From NCBI GenBank assembly GCA_023227965.1, contig JALOCA010000001.1, forward strand, positions 3,490 through 67,489: a stretch of 64,000 bases of DNA. The letters run 5' to 3'. The position numbers and the translations under genes are program-made. Shown here in pieces: positions 48,001 through 56,537 of this stretch. Under the pieces are notes generated by a model. The model searched no databases and was not told the DNA's origin. It saw only the letters and a program-made list of their open reading frames with translations. The stretch comes from Lentimicrobiaceae bacterium. Its GTDB lineage: Bacteria > Bacteroidota > Bacteroidia > Bacteroidales > JALOCA01. The first letter of the stretch is position 1, and every line of letters begins with the position of its first letter.

Positions 48001-49951
48001 TCCCTGGCGGTTTTTTGGGGAAACTGCATGGACAATTAATCAGGCATCTCCGTTCGAGGGAGATTATTGTGCAAAATCGGGTACGGTTACCCATAACCAG
48101 CAATCGGCAATGTACCTGCAAAAGGAAGTGCTTTCAGCTTCCCTTATCAGTTTTTACTGCAAAGTTTCCTCTGAACCCAACTACGATTTCCTGATTTTTT
48201 ATATTGATGGGCAGGAACAGGGACGGTGGGCTGGTGAAATGGATTGGACACTAAAATCATACCCTGTTAAAGCCGGATTACATACATTTTTATGGACTTA
48301 TAAAAAAGATGTTTCTCAAAATGTCGGACAGGATTGTGCATGGCTTGATTACATTAACTTTCCGGTTCTTTCAGACTATTTACTGGTAGTGAATGCCGGA
48401 AACGATATTACCCGCTGCAGTAATGATCCTGTTGAATTAAATGGTATGGTGATGGGAACAAGCGATTTCCTTTGGACTACCACAGGCGATGGAACTTTCA
48501 GTAATGCCCAGATTCTAAATACTATTTATACGCCCGGCAGTCAGGACATGCAAAACGGGGGAGCATCCCTTGTGCTTGTAGGAAATAAACCACTTTGTCC
48601 CACGACTTCCGATACGCTGACATTGAGTGCCCACTATGCTCCGGGAGTGTTTGCAGGTACTAACGACGCCATCTGTGCAAGCGAAGTGTTTATTAACAAT
48701 TCTTCTACTGCGTCCGCTTACGAATCTCTGATGTGGACTACTTCCGGTGACGGGCATTTTGATAATCCGCAGCAGTTGCATCCTATTTACGTTCCGGGAA
48801 CCGGAGATATTTCTTTAGGGCAGGTTACACTTAGTGTTGCCGCTTCGGGTTATGGAAACTGCCCAGATACTACCGATGCTTTACTGCTTTATATTTACCC
48901 CAATATTGCAGTAGTGGCAGGAGAAGATCAAACTATTTCGTATGGATCAAGTACGCTTTTAACAAGCATCGTTTCAGGTGGAAGTGGTAATTTTACCTAT
49001 AATTGGCAACCTGCGGATCAGCTTGTTGATAATACTGTAGCCCAGCCTGTAACTATCAATCTTACTTCTTCGATTCAATTTACGGTTAATGTTACAGATA
49101 TTTTTTCAGGCTGTATTTCTTCGGATGCCGTAATTGTATATGTTTCCGGTGGTCCTTTGTCGGTTAATACCAACGCACAACCCGACACAGTTTGTTTGGG
49201 TAGCAGCAGTCAACTTAACGCACTTGCCGGTGGAGGCACAGGCAATTATTCCTGCATATGGACTTCTGTACCGCAGGGATTTACTTCAACACTTTTTAAC
49301 CCTGTAGTTACTCCCCTGCAAACAACCATTTACACCGCCGAAATTAACGACGGTAGTACCACGCTTACCTCTTCGGTAACTGTTACTGTTTCTGAAGCTC
49401 CAGGAATACCTTATATCCCGGCAGGTCCCATACAAGTGGATATATATTATACTCCCACAAGTATATACACAACATATTCTGTAGCAAATGCTGAAAACTA
49501 TGTTTGGCAGCTTTCACCCGAACAGGCAGGGATACTCATGGTACGGGATACTCTTTGCGAAGTTACATGGGATAATTATTTTACCGGTCAAGCTATGCTT
49601 AAAGTTAGTACTGCAAACCAATGTGGTAACAGCAATTGGTCTGAAGTATTACTTATTAATACAGAAAATTCAGTAGGGATTTTTCCCCATGTTGTTTCTG
49701 ATGAGTGGTTGGTATTTCCTAACCCTACGCAGGGACAGATATTTATTAGTACCACCTCTGCTTCAGTCGGCAGCGTTTTGTATCGTCTTACAGATTTGCG
49801 GGGTATCACTCTACAACACGGGTACTTTACTTCTCCCAAAAAAGGGGATATATTTACCCTTGATGCAACAGATTTACCCGGCGGTTTGTACCTGCTATAC
49901 CTTCGGGACAATAAAACGGAAAGGCATTTCTCTATATTGATTTCCCAATAA
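45068..49951 (+). CDS. Giant T9SS-secreted protein (1627 aa) with N-terminal papain-like (C1-type) peptidase-like domain
   Basis: The signal peptide is MKKKSLFLLTIFFSSSILFAQ. A candidate Cys/His/Asn triad context is QQVGLECGQASS, SPNHGLTIVGYND and IANTYGGINNWGNTGFCYM (compare QGxCGSCWAF, HAVxxVGY, NSWGxxWG). Long beta-rich repeats follow, and the C-terminus FPNPTQGQIFIS...GGLYLLYLRD... is a T9SS CTD. Confidence 0.65.
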   Translation: MKKKSLFLLTIFFSSSILFAQPETFPPLTPISAADLARLKSIPELPVTDFASRSILLPAMVDNSTQPYFRPLFQQVGLECGQASSIGLGFTYEIDNARNVAANTTANQYPTHFAYNFINNGTDNGVSYFETFEILKRCGTPNVADYGGMSYGGPSRWISGYAKYYNGMQNRITDVYSIKVNTYEGLETLKSWIYNHLGNSTVGGVANFYTQYMNPTLQLPAGTPESGKYVITSWGGSPNHGLTIVGYNDSIRWDYNNDGLYTNNIDINGDGIVNLKDCEIGGVKIANTYGGINNWGNTGFCYMMYKTFAENLGNGGIWNNIVTIIYAKPVCTPKLTYKITLKHTSRTKIKVSAGVSTDISVTEPDAILNLPIFDFQGGDKYMQGGTTEADKTLEFGLDATPLLSEIASGQPAKFFLMVQEADPDNLATGQIIDWQIIDYNNGGNAIACNSIPAFVENGVTTATINTTLNFNLPVITNTSLPVANINEPYSVQMYVSGGTAPYKWKNAHTYSEDYSTVTFPMVSDAHLTPTNTSYGYAAKEIPFSFPFYGKNYNKVYMHVDGYLMFEENDFPWTFIIYEKTFFKNTRHIAPYMCKPIMTSNSGAEGFWYSGCADSVTFRWKEYLYNAQGSTNLNYAVSLFPSGKIVFYYGTVQGQSWVKWNAGISNGDGVNFHFAAITDSLSQPTENTKIEFEPSPFPIEMNISENGIFSGTPVNGYQNYPVKFYVNDNNFLYDIKELNFATKGVKINYIVHAGNDSIIDFGESVTLDAVLQNIGTDAINNLSLSVSNTGSFINLTDSTQNIGNMTSGQIITIPNAIAFNVSQEIPDSYVVRLHNKLTCTGDLFENNSSFIAHAPVLEVAGFTVYDGNNGILQPGETATVGVLIKNSGGSRANYVEGILLSYDPFFQVTQPAASTGFILPDSSVLFYFGIHVLPSCPVTHLAFCNLNLFADQNYSNADSVFFNVGGIIEDYETGNFQKYPWRFFGETAWTINQASPFEGDYCAKSGTVTHNQQSAMYLQKEVLSASLISFYCKVSSEPNYDFLIFYIDGQEQGRWAGEMDWTLKSYPVKAGLHTFLWTYKKDVSQNVGQDCAWLDYINFPVLSDYLLVVNAGNDITRCSNDPVELNGMVMGTSDFLWTTTGDGTFSNAQILNTIYTPGSQDMQNGGASLVLVGNKPLCPTTSDTLTLSAHYAPGVFAGTNDAICASEVFINNSSTASAYESLMWTTSGDGHFDNPQQLHPIYVPGTGDISLGQVTLSVAASGYGNCPDTTDALLLYIYPNIAVVAGEDQTISYGSSTLLTSIVSGGSGNFTYNWQPADQLVDNTVAQPVTINLTSSIQFTVNVTDIFSGCISSDAVIVYVSGGPLSVNTNAQPDTVCLGSSSQLNALAGGGTGNYSCIWTSVPQGFTSTLFNPVVTPLQTTIYTAEINDGSTTLTSSVTVTVSEAPGIPYIPAGPIQVDIYYTPTSIYTTYSVANAENYVWQLSPEQAGILMVRDTLCEVTWDNYFTGQAMLKVSTANQCGNSNWSEVLLINTENSVGIFPHVVSDEWLVFPNPTQGQIFISTTSASVGSVLYRLTDLRGITLQHGYFTSPKKGDIFTLDATDLPGGLYLLYLRDNKTERHFSILISQ

Positions 49952-49962
49952 CCGTTCGGGAG

Positions 49963-50883
49963 ATGAAACATTGTATTGCCTTTGTTTTTTGTATTATGCT
50001 TATGCAGCCCTCATTTGCACAAAGTAACAAAAGCCTGAAATTAAACGATACAGTTTCCCTGAACAAGAACCGTTTGCGCGGAGTATTGATTACAGAAGGT
50101 GTTTTGTATGTTACGAGTATGACTGCCTTATATTCTATGTGGTATTCCGATTATCCGCAAACTCATTTCCATTGGATAAATGATAATGGCGAATGGATGC
50201 AACTGGATAAAGTCGGGCATGGTTTGTCGTGTTATAACCTGAGTAAGTTCGGGTACGAAACCATGCGTTGGGCTGGGGTTAATGAAAATAAAGCACTCTG
50301 GTACGGAGGAATTACCGGCTTCACTTATCAAACCGTTATTGAAATCCTTGATGGCTTTTCTGTCGGGTGGGGCGCTTCGCCCGGCGATTTGATTGCCAAT
50401 ACAACCGGTTCATTACTATTTGTCGGGCAGCAATTAGCCTGGCACGAGCAACGGTTTGCTTTAAAATATTCTTTCTATCCTACTTCATTTGCAGATTATC
50501 GTCCGGATTTACTCGGGGAGAATTTTTTGGAAGAAACCCAGAAAGATTATAACGGAATGACCCTTTGGCTGTCAGCAAACATCGCCTCTTTTCTTCCCCA
50601 TGACAAACAATTTCCTGCATGGCTTAATATTGCCGCAGGGTATGGCGCTACCGGCATGACCGGAGCCGAAAACAATGTTGCGGAATACAATGGAAAACCC
50701 GTTCCGCATTTCAATCGGATAAGACAATTCTATCTTTCACCGGATATTGATTTTTCAAAGATTAAAACAAAATCCAAAACACTTAAAGTTGCATTTTATG
50801 TGCTGAATGTGCTGAAATTTCCGGCTCCGGCTATTGAACTTAACAGCAAAGGAAAGGTGTTTTTCCATCCTGTTTTTTATTAA
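49963..50883 (+). CDS. DUF2279-like (YfiM-like) membrane-associated protein
   Basis: The signal is MKHCIAFVFCIMLMQPSFAQ. The segment HFHWINDNGEWMQLDKVGH and Gly-rich amphipathic segments match my memory of DUF2279. This call is tentative. Confidence 0.5.
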   Translation: MKHCIAFVFCIMLMQPSFAQSNKSLKLNDTVSLNKNRLRGVLITEGVLYVTSMTALYSMWYSDYPQTHFHWINDNGEWMQLDKVGHGLSCYNLSKFGYETMRWAGVNENKALWYGGITGFTYQTVIEILDGFSVGWGASPGDLIANTTGSLLFVGQQLAWHEQRFALKYSFYPTSFADYRPDLLGENFLEETQKDYNGMTLWLSANIASFLPHDKQFPAWLNIAAGYGATGMTGAENNVAEYNGKPVPHFNRIRQFYLSPDIDFSKIKTKSKTLKVAFYVLNVLKFPAPAIELNSKGKVFFHPVFY

Positions 50884-51138
50884 TGATACCTGTTGGTACC
50901 TTCTGATTTTGCCACGACCACTATTCTTGGTTGACCATGCGTATGCATGGCAAAAGACGATTAATTTTTTCAGAAGCAAACAATATAGGGTAAAAAACCC
51001 GTAAGAAAATAAGCTGAGATAGTTTTATATTTTCATACCGGATAAAATTACTTTTATCAATAAAAAGCCTGAGTTTTCAGATTGCTATATAAATTTTTGG
51101 TATGTATTTTTACTTTTTCGAAGAAATCTTTTTATATA

Positions 51139-51257
51139 ATAATCTCCGGCTTCACTAAGATAATTTCCATCATTTCGGAAATGATTTCCGTTATTTCGGA
51201 GGTAGTTTCCGGCTTTTCGGAAATAGCTTCCGCCACTTCGGAGATAATTTCCGCCAT
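51139..51257. repeat. Exactly phased 21-bp tandem array (5.5 units) of alternating TTCCG / CGGAA half-sites
   Basis: The units start at 51139, 51160, 51181, 51202, 51223 and 51244: ATAATCTCCGGCTTCACTAAG / ATAATTTCCATCATTTCGGAA / ATGATTTCCGTTATTTCGGAG / GTAGTTTCCGGCTTTTCGGAA / ATAGCTTCCGCCACTTCGGAG / ATAATTTCCGCCAT. This includes the perfect 15-bp palindrome CGGAAATGATTTCCG at 51175-51189. Confidence 0.9.
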
Positions 51258-51476
51258 AAAAATATTAAACATAAAAGATGGATAAATTCAAAAATATGAT
51301 TTTTGCTTATTCAAAAATAATCTTTTTGCCCATTTGTATAAACCAGGACTTTTGTAAAAAATGCCTGAAACTATATTTCTTGTTTACTTTTTTAAATTAA
51401 TTCTTGTTTATTCAAAATAAATTTTTTATACCTTTGTTTTAGAATTATTTTAGTAACCTTTAAACACAAAAAAACT

Positions 51477-52199
51477 ATGGAAAAGCCAGATGAAATTACA
51501 CCTGATTTTAACATTCCGGCAGATGAAATGCTGCTCGAATCACAAACGATGATTGATTTTTTTATAGAAGATCAGAAATTGTTTACTGATAAAGTACCCG
51601 ACCTTCAATCTCCTTTCGAAACAGATTGGCAAAATGCAATTAATGATGCAAGACAGGCAATAAAAGATGATGACTATCTTGACGTTCAGCAGGGAATGAC
51701 CAATGAAATTGAAACACTAATGGCAGAAGCCTGTAACAGATTGCAGACACTCTATTTTTATGTTGACCGTGCATTTCCGGGAAATAAGGTCGTAAATGAG
51801 ATATTCGGACACGACCGTTATGAAAAAGCCCGCAAATCACCGCTATCAATGTTCGATTTACTTATAAAAGCATACAATGCAGCAAACGACTCTAAATACA
51901 AGAGCAAGCTCATAGAAAAAGGATTGAAGCCAGATGGTATAGAAACGTTAAAAACTACTTCCGATACATTATATTCCAAATATCAGAAACGCGATAAATA
52001 CATAAGCGACCGTGGAAGTATTACACAGAACCGTACAATTTTGCTTAATAAAGTATGGGCTTTCAATGCAAGCGTAAGCGATGCATCAAAACTTGTTTTC
52101 CAGGAAAACTATGCAAAGATGCAGCAATACCTGTTGTATGGCGGCAAAAAACAATCAGGCGAAGAAACCAAAAATACTATTCCGGAACAAAATCAATAA
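51477..52199 (+). CDS. Hypothetical protein (240 aa, predicted helical, no signal peptide)
   Basis: A clean ORF with coding-like composition, about 220 bp downstream of the 21-bp array. I recognise no motif. Confidence 0.55.
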   Translation: MEKPDEITPDFNIPADEMLLESQTMIDFFIEDQKLFTDKVPDLQSPFETDWQNAINDARQAIKDDDYLDVQQGMTNEIETLMAEACNRLQTLYFYVDRAFPGNKVVNEIFGHDRYEKARKSPLSMFDLLIKAYNAANDSKYKSKLIEKGLKPDGIETLKTTSDTLYSKYQKRDKYISDRGSITQNRTILLNKVWAFNASVSDASKLVFQENYAKMQQYLLYGGKKQSGEETKNTIPEQNQ

Positions 52200-52506
52200 A
52201 CATAAGCCACCTGCTATTTGTTTTGCCTCCATCCTGATCGTCGTTCATATATTTTTTGGACTTACAAAACGACGGAGAAGAGAGGCTTACATTTGTTTCA
52301 AACCCTGATAAGCAACCCCGACAGGGCTTCAAACTTAGTCAGGAATAACTTATACCAGACTTACAATACGTAAAAGCAGAATAATTGAAAAAACCTATTC
52401 AACTGAGTTCAGGATAAAACATGTTCCCCATCTGCCTGATAATAATCTGTCAGGGTTTTAATATCTGCAGAAATGATTTTTTATTTCTATGGATTCAGGT
52501 TAATAA

Positions 52507-53967
52507 CTAAAAGCAATAACCCAAAGTAATGTTCAAGCCCTTGTTTTTCATTTTGCCGTCAATAGTATGTTTGTAAAGGTTAGTAAGACCAAGTGATTCA
52601 AACATGTTAAACTGGAAATGACTTATTTGAAGACCGAGTCCATAGTTAATTCCCCATTCTTCGTGGTTGTATGTTTTATTGAAGTTTATAGTTTTATTGT
52701 CTATGGCGCCCGAAAAGATATAGCTGTAATATCCACCCATTAAGAGGTATGCCATTCCGCTTTCAGTGTTGATTTTTGGAGAGATAAGTAAATTCATTGG
52801 TATTGTGAGCGACTGGGTGCGAAAAATTCCTTCTTCGTGCCTGCTTCCCTTCGTTTCGTAACATGCTCCGGGTTGGAGGACAAAATAGTTGCTTAACTGT
52901 AATTGTGCAAACAAGCCGGCACCTGCCGAAAACTCGGATTTTGCCTTATAAAACTCTTCTTCATATTCATGATGATTGTTGCCCACAAGCAAACACGTAC
53001 CGAACTTAATATTGAACTTGTATATGCTATCATTTTTCACATCAATTTTACTGGCAGGTATAATCGCTTCTTTGTTTGATAAAACAACTGTTAAATTTTG
53101 CATCAGGTTGCATATTTTTGACATTCCGTCGTAATCGAGCAGGTTTGCATCATCTTCCGGTTGATGGTAATGCGACTTTGAACCCGTGAAAACATGTACC
53201 GAAGGAATACCAGCTTTATAGAATTTGTAAGAGTCGGTTCCCATGCTGATTGTATTGTTGGTTTTACGTAGTTTAATATTTTCCTTTTTTGCATTTTCCT
53301 TTACAACATACTCAGCATCGTTTATCGAGGCAATACCTATTAAATCAACTCCTTCTATCTGGTCGTAGGTACCTACCATGTCGAGGCTGAACATGCACCT
53401 AATATCACTTAAATTAGAGTATCGTTTCACAAATTCATCTGAACCAATCAAACCGCTTTCTTCACCGTCAAAAGTTACAAGAATAACGCTTCGTTTTAGC
53501 AAATCATGGTGTGCAATCAGCCATTTCCCGATTTCGATAATAGAAGCCACTCCCGAGGCATTGTCGTTTGCGCCGTTGTAAACTATTTTTTCGCCATTTT
53601 TCATTTTCCAGCCCATATGGTCGTAATGGGCTCCCAGTACGATGTACTCGTTTTTTAATACGGAGTCGTTGCCTTCCACAACACCTATGATGTTCCTTCC
53701 TTCGATGCGTATGTTTTGCTGTCGGTAACTGAAATCCTGGATATAATTGCTATTTAAAGGTTTAATTCCAGCATCTTTGAAAGCATTAATGATATAATCT
53801 ACCGATTTATTAAGGCTTTTTGAGCCAAATCCTCTACCTTCGAGGGAATCGGATGCAAGTATGCCAACATGATGCTGCAATGCATCCGCAACTGGGTTTA
53901 CCTGGGCAAACAGTTGCAAGGAAATGCTGAAAAGAAGGTTAATGAAAACAATTTTTTTTGAAGGCAT
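52507..53967 (-). CDS. M28 family metallopeptidase fused to a C-terminal outer-membrane beta-barrel domain
   Basis: The M28 zinc-ligand contexts are GAHYDHMG, GANDNASGVASIIE and FDGEESGLIGS. The C-terminal ~170 aa have alternating hydrophobic beta-strand patterning and end ...GLNITLGYCF, with the terminal aromatic residue typical of OM barrels. I trimmed the start to MPSKKIVFINLLFSISLQLFAQ. Confidence 0.75.
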   Translation of the reverse strand: MPSKKIVFINLLFSISLQLFAQVNPVADALQHHVGILASDSLEGRGFGSKSLNKSVDYIINAFKDAGIKPLNSNYIQDFSYRQQNIRIEGRNIIGVVEGNDSVLKNEYIVLGAHYDHMGWKMKNGEKIVYNGANDNASGVASIIEIGKWLIAHHDLLKRSVILVTFDGEESGLIGSDEFVKRYSNLSDIRCMFSLDMVGTYDQIEGVDLIGIASINDAEYVVKENAKKENIKLRKTNNTISMGTDSYKFYKAGIPSVHVFTGSKSHYHQPEDDANLLDYDGMSKICNLMQNLTVVLSNKEAIIPASKIDVKNDSIYKFNIKFGTCLLVGNNHHEYEEEFYKAKSEFSAGAGLFAQLQLSNYFVLQPGACYETKGSRHEEGIFRTQSLTIPMNLLISPKINTESGMAYLLMGGYYSYIFSGAIDNKTINFNKTYNHEEWGINYGLGLQISHFQFNMFESLGLTNLYKHTIDGKMKNKGLNITLGYCF

Positions 53968-54052
53968 AAAACAATTTTTTAATGATGAGTGGTCAGTAAG
54001 CAGATGCTTCTGCATCTCACATGGATATTTTTGTTAATAAATAAAACTGTAA

Positions 54053-55228
54053 TCATGCAATTTTTATTTTTATTATGGCAAAATATACTACCGTAACGGC
54101 TACCCCTATTCCGGAAACGGTAAACATCACTTGTGGTCCGAAACTAAACCAGAGCCAGCCGGCAACACTGCTTGCAATAAGGGTACAGATGCTTGCAAAG
54201 CTATTGTAAAACCCAATAGCGGTAGCCACCTCTTTTTTATCGGCAATGTTGCTGATAAGTGCCTTTGATACTCCTTCGGTGGAAGCGGCATATACTGCAT
54301 AAAAAAAGAACAATATGCCAAATACAGGCAACGAAGCGGCAAATCCAAAGCAAAAATATACCAAAGCAAAAATCGATAACCCTATCATCAGCGTCCGCTT
54401 CAGCCCTATTTTGTCGGCAAGCATTCCTATAGGGAACGAAAGCAGTGCATACACAAGATTATAAAAGATATAAACGCCTATCATTTGAGTGTCGCCTAGT
54501 CCATGATTTTTTATGGCAAGTAAAAGAAAAACATCCGAACTGTTGAAAAGAGTGAATGCAAGCAAACCTGCCACCAGGCGTTTATAATTTACGGATGCGG
54601 TTTTCCAGTAACCAAAATAGCTGAAAAAGCCGACCTTACCGACAGAAACATTGCCGGCAGTTTTCTTTTTCTCTTTGATAAAAAAAGTAAGTCCGATGGC
54701 AAACACACCCGGTAAAAAAGCAATGAGAAACAGCCAGCGGTATTGTCCGGGATAAAAATAAAGATAAACCAATGCCACTACCGGACCTATGGCAGCACCT
54801 ACGGTATCGAGGGCACGATGAAAGCCAAACACCATTCCCTTATGCTCTGCAGTAGTTTCGTCGCTGAGGATGGCATCGCGTGCGCTGGTACGTATGCCTT
54901 TCCCCAGCCTTTCGGTAGTACGGGCAAAAAATATCCAGAGCGGGTGTATCAGGATTGCCATCATGGGCTTGGCGATAGCACTCAGAGCATAACCCCATTG
55001 CACAAAAGGCAGGCGTCTGCCCATTTTATCTGATAAATTACCAAAATATCCCTTGCTTAACCCGGCGGTAGCCTCGGCAACCCCTTCCAGTATCCCGATA
55101 AGCATCACCGAAAAACCGATGCTTCGCAGGTAAACCGGCATGATGGGGTAAAGCATTTCGCTGGCAATGTCGGTAAACAGGCTTACCAGTGAAACTATCC
55201 AGATGGCGCGGGTGAGTATTTTATTCAT
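54053..55228 (-). CDS. MFS transporter
   Basis: About 12 hydrophobic helices are present, and the loop 2-3 motif is GNLSDKMGRRLP (the D-x-x-G-R-R signature). Confidence 0.85.
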   Translation of the reverse strand: MNKILTRAIWIVSLVSLFTDIASEMLYPIMPVYLRSIGFSVMLIGILEGVAEATAGLSKGYFGNLSDKMGRRLPFVQWGYALSAIAKPMMAILIHPLWIFFARTTERLGKGIRTSARDAILSDETTAEHKGMVFGFHRALDTVGAAIGPVVALVYLYFYPGQYRWLFLIAFLPGVFAIGLTFFIKEKKKTAGNVSVGKVGFFSYFGYWKTASVNYKRLVAGLLAFTLFNSSDVFLLLAIKNHGLGDTQMIGVYIFYNLVYALLSFPIGMLADKIGLKRTLMIGLSIFALVYFCFGFAASLPVFGILFFFYAVYAASTEGVSKALISNIADKKEVATAIGFYNSFASICTLIASSVAGWLWFSFGPQVMFTVSGIGVAVTVVYFAIIKIKIA

Positions 55229-55248
55229 TCATCAGTTTTTAAAACAAG

Positions 55249-56451
55249 CTATATTCCAAATTCTAATTGTAATTGGAAGACAAAATTCTTTGTTTGGTTA
55301 TATGACATTTCCCACCACGGTTCATTACTCGGAACATCTTTGCTTATCAGGGAAAAATTAGCCTGAATCTTTGTGGCGTGTCTTTTAAAATATTTAGCAC
55401 ATCCCAAAGTATATGCATCGGAATTTGGAAAAGACATTTTTACATTTTTTTCCTGGCGAACAAAAGCATAGCGGGTATTGATTTCCCACATGGAAAGGAA
55501 AGTGTAGCTTAACTGGTTTGCAAAACCATAGCCGATTAATAATGGATTTGTCCCAAACTCATCCCTATCTGAATAAGGGGCTATACGTTGCATATATTCC
55601 GAATAAAATGCAATACCCCAATATTTAAATAACAGATCAGCAAATACAGAAGATAGGTCTTTTTTACTATGTAAAGTAGTACCTGTTTGTCCTTTTGTAC
55701 GTTTTGCCCATTTGTTAAAGCTATAACCGCCTGCAACCGATAGCTTGGGTGTTTTTTCATGTTCCAGATCGCCTTCCGAGAAGTCGCCATTATTGGTAAA
55801 ATTTCCGAAAGGAAGAACTTCTACTCTTCCGGTATAGCAAAGACCTGCATCCGAAGTGTAAGTGTTGCGCCCTTCGCCGGTAGTAATTGCTCCTTTCAGG
55901 TTAACTTTTGCCTGTCCCAGCTTCCTCGAATAGTAGCCAAACAAACCATAGTCCCGGTCAAGGGAATAATATGCGTTTACGATGGAACGGTCAATAAACT
56001 GTTGTTGCCCTGATGAGATGATTTCCTGGCGGTTACTTGGCAATTTCGATTGTCCGAAACCAACATAAAAATCAGGAGTAAAGTTGTAGTAAACGATGGC
56101 ATCACGAACAATGTTGGAAGAGCCATCCAAAGTGCCTTCCATATCATATTTTGAAAAACCTAACTGCAATACATAAGTCAACTTTTGATTGAGCAGGTAA
56201 CCATCCAAACGCAAACGAAGGCGGGAAGTACGCGCATCAACGGTTTCTATACTCAAATCTTTCTCAGATTCCGTATTTAGTGCTACCCGGTTTTGGATAC
56301 GGAAACGAAGGTTTAGACCAAAACAACTGTCGGGGGAGTGAAACCCCAGCCCCTTATCAAACGAAATTAGTGCCCGTTCGTCCAACAGGGTTTGTGAAAA
56401 TAAAAAGTTAGAAATCAGCAAAAGGGAAAAAATAGTGTACAGTTTTCGCAT
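55249..56451 (-). CDS. Outer-membrane porin (phosphate-selective porin O/P-like)
   Basis: The signal is MRKLYTIFSLLLISNFLFSQ (start trimmed; the longer ORF would run through the upstream terminator). Beta-barrel patterning with RFRIQNR and RLRLRLDGY strands and a C-terminal ...FQLQLEFGI support the call. Confidence 0.6.
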   Translation of the reverse strand: MRKLYTIFSLLLISNFLFSQTLLDERALISFDKGLGFHSPDSCFGLNLRFRIQNRVALNTESEKDLSIETVDARTSRLRLRLDGYLLNQKLTYVLQLGFSKYDMEGTLDGSSNIVRDAIVYYNFTPDFYVGFGQSKLPSNRQEIISSGQQQFIDRSIVNAYYSLDRDYGLFGYYSRKLGQAKVNLKGAITTGEGRNTYTSDAGLCYTGRVEVLPFGNFTNNGDFSEGDLEHEKTPKLSVAGGYSFNKWAKRTKGQTGTTLHSKKDLSSVFADLLFKYWGIAFYSEYMQRIAPYSDRDEFGTNPLLIGYGFANQLSYTFLSMWEINTRYAFVRQEKNVKMSFPNSDAYTLGCAKYFKRHATKIQANFSLISKDVPSNEPWWEMSYNQTKNFVFQLQLEFGI

Positions 56452-56485
56452 AAAAAGAATGGTCCAGGTTTTTATGGCTGCAAAA

Positions 56486-56516
56486 TAAAAAAAATCCCCG
56501 GGCAACGCCGGGGATT
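56486..56516 (-). terminator. Rho-independent terminator after the M49 peptidase gene
   Basis: On the minus strand, ATCCCCGG-cgttgc-CCGGGGAT forms an 8-bp GC-rich stem (56494-56501 / 56508-56515). It is followed by a run of 7 U after the stem (rc of the A-run 56487-56493), and starts 22 nt downstream of the stop at 56538. Confidence 0.8.
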
Positions 56517-56537
56517 TTCATAATTTTTCACTTCCCA

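Noticed and set aside
50930-50955. The hairpin CCATGC-gtat-GCATGG after the DUF2279-like gene
   Set aside because: The 6-bp stem has no adjacent U-tract on either strand, so it is not supportable as a terminator or regulatory element.
51082-51285. A 67-aa plus-strand ORF (MLYKFLVCIFTF...SEMISVISEVVSGFSEIASATSEIISAI...) covering the second array
   Set aside because: It starts at TTG, is hydrophobic and low-complexity, and its heptad pattern follows automatically from a 21-bp DNA repeat. Every frame on both strands gives heptads, so openness of the frame is not evidence of coding.
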